Below, in pieces: positions 25,301 to 35,700 of a stretch of 64,000 nt of DNA. The number at the start of each line of letters is the position of its first letter. Positions within the stretch are counted from its first letter, which is position 1. Location of the stretch: NCBI GenBank assembly GCA_002633005.1, contig NMRA01000506.1, forward strand, positions 230,542 through 294,541, written 5' to 3'. The notes beneath the pieces were generated by a model. It had not been told where the DNA came from and made no database searches. It was given only the letters and a program-made list of their open reading frames with translations. The position numbers and the translations under genes are program-made. This DNA is from Phoronis australis. Its lineage: Eukaryota > Animalia > Phoronida.

Positions 25301-28212
25301 TCTCACAATTCTTGACATGAGTACAGAAGTCCAGTTGAACAGATTTCATTTCTCTTTTGTTATGTCCAGTGCATAAAATGACCCGCCAACTTGTTCATCT
25401 TCATCTCACGCAATAATGAGCCGTCAGTTCTTTATAACAGGGCCATCATTCGTCCGAGTGGAGAGGTACCTGCACCTTCTGAGAGGGGATTTTTGGGGCC
25501 GGTCAGGGAAAATTCTACCCCCCGATCACCATCAATAGCACCCCCCACCCTGATGCAGGCCCTCATAGGCGCTGACTCAAGTAGCCAAAATTAACATTTA
25601 GTGCTCTTTCAAATTTTCACCAGTGTGAGTTACAGGTGATTTGAACATCAAGGAGAATTCTTCAATCACTCTTTGGGCCTCGTGAGAGGATTTTTGCCTG
25701 ATTTTTCAATTTTTTCAGAGCGGAATGGGGCTGAATACCGAGGAACTGAGGGCCCTGCACAAGCACAGATATTACGTCTAACCTTAGTAAGAAACAAGTC
25801 GAGATCAGTTTCATAATGTTAAGTTGTCTAAATCAAAAGTTAGTTTTTGGCTTCTTCTGTTCTCACTTTGTTGGTAATTTTACCATAACTCTTACCACCA
25901 CACTCTAGGCATCCATCCACGAACTGACTGACTTGTGGAAAATGTTGAATTATGTTCTCTGTTAATGAGTCAGATATTTCCAGGACGAGGTACCTATAAT
26001 AAATGACACATAAATCTTTTTGTATAAAATAAATTCAGTAAAAATTTACAATTATAATATTCCTTTAATTTAGGATGATGTGTCCATAGTTATGAGCTTG
26101 AAAGCAACTGCAAAACACCAAAAGGTACTAAATAATGAATAAAAAACAAACCATGGTACTTTGAGCACCTGAAAATGCATGCATTGTCTAAAAAGCTAAG
26201 TTCCAATCAAAGAAAAATGCTAATTGCATAACTATGAAACTAATGTAAATGATGCAACAGTAAATAAGAGATTTTCACAAATAGCAGCTTGATTCTAAAT
26301 GAAAATACGGTAATTGAACTGCATTCGTTTCCTTAAAACTCACCTGAAGTCATTGGTAAAATTTGGTTTTATAAAGTTTGCCTCCATCACATGGCGAATA
26401 CAAATGACATGAGTGATGCCATTTTCTTTCAAATAGTTGAACTAAAATCAGAATAGCAAAGCAGGTCTTTGTTACTAGGTATTGGACACTATCATACATC
26501 CAGGAAAAGATCTTGATGCGAAAAAATATTGAAAACTTTTGAAGAAAAACACACATGGCTCCCCTACAATCAGGAAAAAAAATCAAGTGATTTTTCCAGA
26601 ATTCTTGAATTATAAGTTTTTAGATCCGGTTCTGTGGATTTCAGTGCAGACATTGAAAAACAGCACATAAGTATTTAGACTACAAATTGATAAACATTCC
26701 AACTTACTTCATCTCTTTAACAACTTCAGAAGGACACAATTTTATGAAAATTTAAGAATTGTGCCTTAGTTTTTAATCCCTCATAATTTTTCTTAATTCG
26801 TTTATGTAAATCTCCTCTTACTCAGTGCATCAAATTGTAGAACCATATTCATTGTCATCTAATAACTGCATAGTTTTGAAACGCTTAAACTTTCTAATAG
26901 ATATAGTATCCACTTTCACTTTTAATAGCAAATTTAAATTTTAATTACTTAACAGTCTCATCAATATAGCCACTCTGTGTTTTTTCATAATTATGTTTAA
27001 ATTATTTGTAGTTAGACTGTTCAATATTCTATGTATTATGTTGTTATACCTTAGAAATTATCTTTTGTAATTTTGAAATCTGTCTGCAATGATCCTCATC
27101 ATATTTATGATTATATTTGTTAATTTGCCTAATCAATGCAGTGACAAGTCAGAACAGGTTGTGGAAAACACCGCTATCCATTCAAGACAACTTACCTGAA
27201 CACATGGTTATTCCATTTAAAAAGGTTATCAAGAACAAGAAAACAATTTAGATGACCAATTTTGACGTTAATGGAACATCCATTTCATTTTACTTTATTA
27301 TGACGATACCTTTGACTTGTTGGCTGCTGCGTAGGGGCCAAGGAAGACCCCTGGTACTATCTCCTGCATCTCACGCCACATCACATAAGACCAGTCCTGC
27401 AGTAGAAATACTTACAATTAAATACAAGTATTTTAGTTCAGTAACAGAAGAAAACTTGCAACAATAGCTGACTTTCGAAATAGCTGTGCAATATTGAAAT
27501 TCATTATCCCGCCAGATGGCGATCAGGTCTTTGGTGGACAGGCGTTCAGCACCTACAGATCCCATGTAATGCAGACGAGAAAACAACGTTTCAACACCTT
27601 TCCTGCTTGACAATGCCGCCAAATTTCCAATGCTGTGAAGTGGATGTATTACTGCTTTACGAAAAAAGGCAAACGTTTTAAAATATCAATGAATGAACAA
27701 GAACATCATGTTCCATACATTCCCCACTGCAAAGAAGAACCTGTGACAAAGCTTTTACACATTAATAAAGCATGAAAATGGTTCCAGGTAATCAGTGCAA
27801 TGGGCCCACCTGAGTGACCTGCGCAGGTCTGGTACAACATGTACCAGACCTGCATGTTGTAACAGACCTCCTGCAATTATTTTGCTATTTTGATTGTGAA
27901 ATGAACTTAGGGGCTTCACGGGGTATACGCTGGACACGCTGTTATCACTGGCTTTGTTTCAAATGAAATCAAACATCTTAATTCTTCAGGCAACTTTTAC
28001 CCTAACGGACCTGATTCAATGATTTCCTGGTTCCCTAACAGTGTTGTGATTAGTGAACAATGTCTGAGTAGCTGAATCAAGCGCTGTTTTTGGCATGTGC
28101 ATGTTATTTTAAGAAAAACCTTTCTTCACTTTATTTTTAATTTTATGGGGTATACTCCGGGGTATATAGTCCGGTTACCTATTGTCGTCAGGCTCCAAAG
28201 GTCGTCCGCCAT
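19341..28212 (-). CDS. STYX: Serine/threonine/tyrosine-interacting protein (STYX pseudophosphatase)
   Basis: Exons 27396-27310 (DWSYVMWREMQEIVPGVFLGPYAAANKSK), 26441-26344 (GITHVICIR..ANFIKPNF), 25993-25896 (YLVLEISDS), 25124-25085 (GKVLVHGNAGISRS), 24380-24330, 22829-22757 (RFCVFPNEGF), 21403-21340 (EYEPIYLA), 19420-19341 (stop); all GT-AG and in phase. Gly replaces the catalytic Cys in HGNAGISRS, the STYX hallmark. Putative first exon 28212-28179 is uncertain because of a phase conflict. Confidence 0.93.
20530..20631. repeat. 51-bp tandem duplication
   Basis: aatggacaggtaaacaaactggataaactatgttccata(t/g)tagaaaacaac x2. Confidence 0.9.
21640..21749. mobile_element. ~110-bp hairpin MITE; second copy at ~54092-54193
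   Basis: ggtaatggtcgaatataacatgcctgaactttgagaaccagttt pairs with aaactggttctcaaaatacgggcacgttatatccaactattgcc. Confidence 0.7.
24113..24307. repeat. Minisatellite, 47-bp unit x4 (identical)
   Basis: acaaattctaaaacctatcattggctcttagactacggtaacaataa x4, ending ~22 bp from a STYX splice donor. Confidence 0.95.
24440..24620 (+). repeat. Dispersed repeat with gtcatgacagctgagc core; copies at ~42550-42730 (-) and ~51135-51315 (+)
   Basis: Shared agtattc..gtcatg(a/g)cagctgagc(a/g)gaagc.aaattcatcatcag..gtcttctctcatga..gat. Confidence 0.7.
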
Positions 28213-29718
28213 CTTGTTTCGCGTGCAGCGCAACCACGCGGGACTTAGCGTTCCAATTTGGAGTGCTCGTGTGCACGTTAGGTACTAACTTATCGGAAGA
28301 GACACGTATCAAAGTAATGAGACAAAAATCGGTGAGTTTACCGATTGTTTTTTAAAACCACTTAAAAATCAGTAGATTTTACTAATACACTTTTTTGTGC
28401 GTTTTCAGAAGATGTTTTCGAATTTAAATTTTCTTCCGACGGGACACAAAACATGATCCAGGGTTTGTTTATGCAATGTATCTGTTTTTCCCAGGCACTA
28501 GTAGGATCTAGAAGGCCAAAGGAAAAATCCGCAGACAAATGCGATACGCTGGGTTCTTAACATTTTTGCCTCACATTCACCATTAAACTGCATTGAAATG
28601 TTGTCCAATTGGCTTTTATTGGAAACCACAGTGCAGAGCTCAACATCAAAGCTTCAAATCGAGTTTATGTCAATAAAAACAGGCTGTTGCAATTTTCATT
28701 ACTTCGTTGGCCTTTTTCTGCATGTTTCTCAGTTTTTACAAAAGGGGGCAGCATATGACGAACTTAGGTGTCACAATAAAATGGCTGCCGAAGGCAGTGC
28801 ACATTTGAAATAACTCGGCACAAATTAAAGAAAACTTCCGAATCGATGAATGCGGTATATCTGTGAGAGTTAAATCGAATCCTATTCAGATCATAACTTT
28901 GAAGTGGAATAATTCGGTGAGTACAACAGCAAGTCGGTTTTATGCTTAGGCGGACGACCATTGGGTTCCCGAGTATAATAGTATAAAGTTAGGATGTGGC
29001 AGGTCTCTGATTTAGAGATCAAGGCAACTATTGAATATCGTGGCCCTTTGCCTTTTATCTGTAATTCAATGTATGAAACTGGTTTTTTAAATAAATCAAG
29101 GACATCTGCCCTATAATGCTGGTTTTCCACAGAGCGCAATGTAAAAATCAGCTTCTTTATTCTACCGAGTGAGAGTGAGAGAGAACTGAGTCTGAGTGAG
29201 ACAGACGATCACTTACAGATTCGGAATCTTCAATGTTGAAAGGGACTGGAGGGAAAGTTAAAGATTCCATGCTGTAGTCTAACAAATCTTCAATGATGGT
29301 GCCATTCACAAAACGAAACCGGACGGTGCTGAAGAGCACGGTCTACCAAAACATGAAAGTTGAAAACTGTAACCTCCCTCTTCGCTCCATTCGACAATTT
29401 CCCTGTTTACATCCGGTGATTATATGTCAAACGAATTTTAAGGGAATGAAATATATTAACACTTACCGCAATTTGAAATTGATAATTTTGGATAAATAAA
29501 AATACAATTTTCATGATAACAATTAAATGCTTTAATTGCCGTCAATATGGAAGTAGGCCTAAAGTTAATCGAATACAAACATCAAAATATTTACCAGCAG
29601 GTGGCGCGGTAAATTTCCGTCCACGGATGTTTGGAGTCTGTGTTGTTGACTCTGTATGCTTGGATTGCTTTTACCATTGTTTGATGTAGATTTTCATTCT
29701 TTTTATACCACTGTAATC
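28213..29718. promoter_or_regulatory. Divergent STYX/TPGS2 intergenic (probable bidirectional promoter) region
   Basis: Start codons 1.5 kb apart on opposite strands. YY1-type CAAGATGGCGG overlaps the putative STYX ATG; CTCF-consensus CCAGCAGGTGGCGC at 29594-29607. Confidence 0.5.
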
Positions 29719-32700
29719 ATGAGTGGCCTGTCAAGTATCCAGGAACACTTTGAGCAGCTAACTCTGGGTGTAATCAAAACTCTAAGTACGCTGTTTTTCT
29801 CACAAGCACTGTTCAGAACCTCTGCTAGGGTGAGCAAACCAATATGGCGGAAATTCAGCAAGAGCGAAATTTTGCCATTTTTCATGATTTTCACAAGCTC
29901 GTATCTATTAGCATACTAAGTGGTGAAAAATGAAAAGTATGCCAGTGAAATATTTAATTTTTCTTCTTTCTATTGATATCCGTTACAAAAACTTTGGGCA
30001 TTAATGAGTATTTTTAAAAATTGAAGTAACGCGAGCACTTCATAAATTTTTCACTCACCTGTAAATTCTTGTGACTTTCAGTAGGGGTCAAACTTTCAGC
30101 TGTTAAATGGCCGTTACTGGACCGATTTTAATGATATTTATATCAAACTGTTTGCTACAAAATTCTGCTTTCAACCCTTAGTGTACACTTTTTATTTTTT
30201 TGACAAAAATATGAGAAAATGTACTTTTTTTAATTTACTGCCTCGCCACTCTCTCACCTGGGAAAATCCTGAAAGTGTACACTCAATGTCGTAATCACTT
30301 ATCATGTCCTAATCCATTCCTGATCAAATTTTTTCACTTTATCTCACCATTTCCATTTAGGAACACTTCTAAAAAGGTGACTTCAGTCATTTTTCAAGAA
30401 CCATGTTGACCTTTCCAGGGTTCAAACTGAACTCGAACCTGATTGGTTAAATGTATTCAACATAACCAGTCAAAACTTCTCTAAATTACAAAAAGTGGCC
30501 CAAACCTGGTAAAATATTTTCATTAAAATAATATAGAGTCCTTTTAAAATTTAATTTACTTCAATTTTGGGGATAGAGTCATTTTTTTCTATTTTCTTCA
30601 AAAATATTTTTTGTTACACTTTTACTACCTCATGGGGGCGCTGTGATCAGTTTAATTTTTAGAAAATTACATATTTCACCAAAATAAATGTTCAGTCAAC
30701 GCTGCAGTGCATCAAAACATTTTAGAATACAAATATGCTCTTTTTGGATAGTCACCAACACAACACCACTCAGTTTCTATATTATTTGATAGGAATGAAA
30801 TTGATTTAAAATTCGTTGAAATTTTAGGGTCCAATTTAATTTTGTTTAATTAAAAATGCATACTATCATTTTTTGTCATTTAGTATGCAACTTAAGATTG
30901 TGAAAACATTGATCTTACTTGGGAAAAAAGATTAATTTACATAACCTCACAGGTTTTTACATAAATAACAAAATACTCTGAAAAAGACTAGTTTTCTGGT
31001 TTTTGCTCATTTTGAATTCATTTGTTATGCAAATTTCATTTTTTAGAATTATTTCAAAACCTTTTGGAGCAAAAGAAACATGTGCACTAAGCCATAGTAA
31101 TTCTTGAAGTGTTTTGTCATTTTCAAGGTAATAAGTTGCTATCTTTTTAAAACATCACTTGTTCAACTTAGCTTCAGGGGCAAAAATGTCCTGTCACAAG
31201 TCAAAAAAAAACTAAGTCGGTGGTGAATTTTTCAATTTTTGTTGTTCTTGTTCGAGCAAAATATAATAATTTGTGGTTTGATGTCTATGCCATGTTGTTA
31301 ACCTACTTGCAAAGGACTCTCCATCTTGTTTAAGGAGCACTGTGAGCTATGGATTCCCAAATATAGTTGTCTAAACTTGCCATTTTCTGTGGCCTGAAAT
31401 TTCTGGGTGCCGTTTGCTGAAAAAAAGGCCATTTTTGAGGCTCTAAAATTCAAATAACTCGAGAACCGCTGAACCGATTTGAAAAATTCAAAAACTTGTA
31501 TAAATGGCATGTCTAAGGCTATCATTTAACACTCTTTTCAAGTGTTTCTGATGAAATTTGTATTTGAGTTTGCTCACCCTACCTCTGCTGCATAGCAAGG
31601 TTATTAATTCGATCTTTTAGAACATATCTCAAGAATACATCATAAGTAAAGGAGGGAGTATAGCATTTGCCATTACATCGCTATATAGAACTACTGGAAG
31701 TCTGATGAGGCTATCGCTGTGGTTGGTTGCAATTTGAGGCTCGATCCTGGTCTTTCATTATCTGACTCAGATATGTTGGCAGATTGAAAGTCATGCAGGA
31801 GCCAATTGCGAACCTTGCCAGACTTCCAGCTGTTCGATATAATGATGTAATGGCTGTACTCCCTTTTTTACCTATAGGTGTTATAGATGTGCTTCCGGTG
31901 AATCATATATGAGCCTCTGTTAACTACTCGCTAACGGGCAATTGCCTATTAGCTGAATGGTTAGCACGCTTGCCGGTTTTATGGGGGTCGCTGGTTCGAT
32001 TCTCGGATCGGGTAATCTCGGCTATAATTACAAATGCCGTAGTCGGCAAAACGGATGATCTACCGATGAAGCACTGCCAACTAGTACCTGCAGACCTCGG
32101 GACAGCGCGCATGGAAGGTTGCAGGAGGCAAGGACCTGTATGAGAGACGACCTTGGGTTCACCTGTGTTGTGGTGGTAAAGGTACCAAGGGACGTTGATG
32201 ACGTTGATGACCTGTATGTGAGACATCCTGGTGTTCACCTTTCTGGTGGCGTGCCTGTTCCGTAGGAAAGGGGGGAATGTTGTAGGTGTGCTTTCGGTGA
32301 ATCATATATGAGCCTCTGTTAGCTACTCGCTAATGGGCAATTACCTAATAGCTGAATGGTTAGCACGTTTGCCGGTTTTATGGGGGTCGCTGGTTCGATT
32401 CCCAGGTCGGGTAATCTCGGCTATTACTACAAAGTGTATAACGGGGCTATTCGGAGAATTCTCCTCGTGGTGTCGCTGCTGTACTAGTGGTGATTAAATT
32501 GCGCATGCGTGGCTGTCTGCATGTAAACAAATGGTAAAAGATGGAATTTTTATCAAAATACGTCGTCGCGCTAAGCCTTATTACTGCTAATTTCCCTGGT
32601 GCAAGTCTTCGACAGGTGGCCACAAATTCCCAAAAGACCTAAGGTTACTATATTCGTGGACAATTGCGGTCAACAAGGTCAACTAACTGACAAAAAGTGC

Positions 32701-35700
32701 ATGAATGCTGAAGCCCCGTGTGAGCTCTATGACTATGCAGTTCCATTCAAAGACTACACAACATTACTTGGTAAGTTTTTAGCAATCAGTTTCTATCAAC
32801 ATCGTTCGGTGATGTTATCCCCACCAGTTACCCCACTGAATAACAGCTTTATTGAGTCAAACTAAGCGTTTCTTTTTGGAAACTCACCCGATGCCGGGTA
32901 GGCTAGCAGCACATATTCATATTGTCCTGGGTGGGAGTGCTCCCAAAATAAGAGGTGTATGGTACGTGATGCACAGAAGTCAAGAGTGACTTTTTCACAG
33001 CAGTTTCTCTTCAAAACTATGCTGTTTCCAATAAAATTATCTAGATGAAAGAGTTTCCTTATTTTATCGTGGACCCCACCCCCAGGACCACCAGCTCAGT
33101 TATTGAATTAACGACTTGAATAAGCCTTACCGGGTAATTCAGTAAATGTCGTAACATTGCATTGGAAAAAAATTGACACATAGAATGAATTTTACTTGTT
33201 GAGATCAGAAGCACATTTTAAGTGTCATGAAAAATACACATTGTTAAATCACTTTTAGCCTGTTTCACATATTTTAATTCAGATATTAAATAAGACTTGG
33301 GTACAAAGGTTATTAGTTTCTACACATNNNNNNNNNNNNNNNNNNNNNNNNNNNNNNNNNNNNNNNNNNNNNNNNNNNNNNNNNNNNNNNNNNNNNNNNN
33401 NNNNNNNNNNNNNNNNNNNNNNNNNNNNNNNNNNNNNNNNNNNNNNNNNNNNNNNNNNNNNNNNNNNNNNNNNNNNNNNNNNNNNNNNNNNNNNNNNNNN
33501 NNNNNNNNNNNNNNNNNNNNNNNNNNNNNNNNNNNNNNNNNNNNNNNNNNNNNNNNNNNNNNNNNNNNNNNNNNNNNNNNNNNNNNNNNNNNNNNNNNNN
33601 NNNNNNNNNNNNNNNNNNNNNNNNNNNNNNNNNNNNNNNNNNNNNNNNNNNNNNNNNNNNNNNNNNNNNNNNNNGACTGACTGCCGCGAAGTCGACATCG
33701 GCGAGTGCCTCAGTTAACAGGCGTCGGTAGAATAATCATGGAATAATCGTTAAAATAATCACAAACCTTACCTTTGTATGAGGTCGTGCTTACTTCCTCT
33801 CATAGAAGCACCCTTTTTACGCAATCTCAGATTCAGTTGGCACGGCTGCAAGCCATTTCACGGTGTATTTAAAGGGCTCGCGAAATCGAGGCTGTTAATC
33901 TATCACCACTAGTACACGCACGCCCTCTAGTTATTGTAGATTTTCCAAATAGCCCCACTATAATAGACACATATTTTAGTGTATATGAGCACAACCCCAG
34001 AAATTGCTTTCGCATTATATTCAGGTTCTCATTCACTCCCCTGCACACATTCACAAGTAAGACCGAGCTTAGAGGAATAGGAGACACCTTTGTGCAATGC
34101 TGGAATGTCAGCCAGTGAAGCCAGGATTTGAACCCAGGTCTCTCATGTGGGAGTCTGGAGCTCTAACCACTGAGCCACACTGTCTCCTCATATATTCAAA
34201 AGATCAAAGTAAACTTTCGTGCACAATAGAGTAGGGTCTTTGGCTCTGAGTTTATCAGCCCATGAAATTCTTTTGGAATTGCCACGATCACACAAGAAGT
34301 CCCCAGATATCGCACTCTATCGTGGCTACCTGCTGTTTAGTCAGTTAGCTAACTGTAACTGAATGTAACAATACAGCTAGTAAAGGACCGTGTGTAAAAA
34401 TTGGGAAAGGTTAGTGTTCACTTTTTCAGTTCACAAATGAATCTGCGTTTTTCTCATGAGGCTTAATCAAAGTATAGCTCACCCAACAGTGCGTAAGGTT
34501 TTGATACTCTGACATTCAAATGACATGTACATTGTTCGTTACAGTCGTTCAAAATTCAAAAAAATTGAAACAATTTGATGGACGTCATTTTCTTGGATCC
34601 CTCTCTTGCAAAAAAGTCGGACTCAGTTTCAAAACAATTGCCGTAAAAGAAATTTCATTTTCTGTATTGTTGTTTTTGTTTCAGTGCTGCGACCTGCTGT
34701 GAAGGATGTTTGTCATCACCATAAAGCAGCCGCAGAACACCACGAAATTCTGACTTGGGAGCAGAAACATTCCTGTATGATGCCTGAAGATCTCAAAAAC
34801 TTTTATCTAACATCTGATGGCTTCTTGCTTACTTGGAATGTCAAAATGAATGGTAATGGTGTCTTATGACTTGTAGTACATGATAGAAGAATTTTTTATT
34901 TTGAATTTTCTTGCTTCATCAGAAACATTATATTGTTTTTTGAAATCAGTTTTGCTTATGCAAAATTATTTAAGGTCAGTTATGTATATTTTTGTTATTG
35001 ACCAGGGTTCTCCTTGAGCGAAATTTCAAACATGCGAATTCCGCATTATGTTTTTGTGTCCTAATTTTCTTTCTATTAATTCTCAAGAACAACTATTGCT
35101 TGCATATTGTTTTCATTTGCTCAAGCATGTCACTATCATTTCCACTGCAAAAAATTGAGCTAAGTACCCCTCTGCACAGCACTATATTTCAACCATTTAT
35201 CTTGTGAAGCAGAAAAAAAGTAACTTTTAGCTTTTCAAAGCTTGCTCAGGGCTCTTCAAACTTGGCTTAATATTTCCAAACATAGTGCAAAACATTTTAA
35301 GAAAACATGTAGGGATGAGGCTGATTGGTGCTGTTTTAACTTTCATTCTTTCTCTATCTTGAATCACTGTGGCGCCATCAGTGTTCGACCTTCAGCAAAT
35401 AAATGTGCTGGACCACCGGGTTAGCTTCTTGAATATGAGACCGCATCCAGATAGGGCCTGTATGTGAAAGTTTACTGGCACGGCCGCAAATGCCCCGGCT
35501 GCTAATCCACTGTCCCCTGGCCAGCTTGTATTTCGAACGCTGGCCGCAATCTTCCTCCTTGTCATATAATGACAAGTTCTGTATTCACTAAAACTCTTTA
35601 ATTTGTGATTTGATTTGCAACAAAAGTCAGTGGTGTTACTACATGTTTATTTTTCTGAAAACTTAACTTTTATCTTAACTTTGTTACTTTGTTATGGAAG

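Noticed and set aside
31942-32015. tRNA-like sequences (also 32341-32414, 14960-15036, 34117-34189, ~13940-14010) as functional tRNA genes
   Set aside because: Anticodon or acceptor arms are degenerate and each is embedded in a repeat element.
33279-33698. Long ORFs crossing N runs (also 48071-48701 and 59224-59729)
   Set aside because: Artefacts of assembly gaps translated as X.
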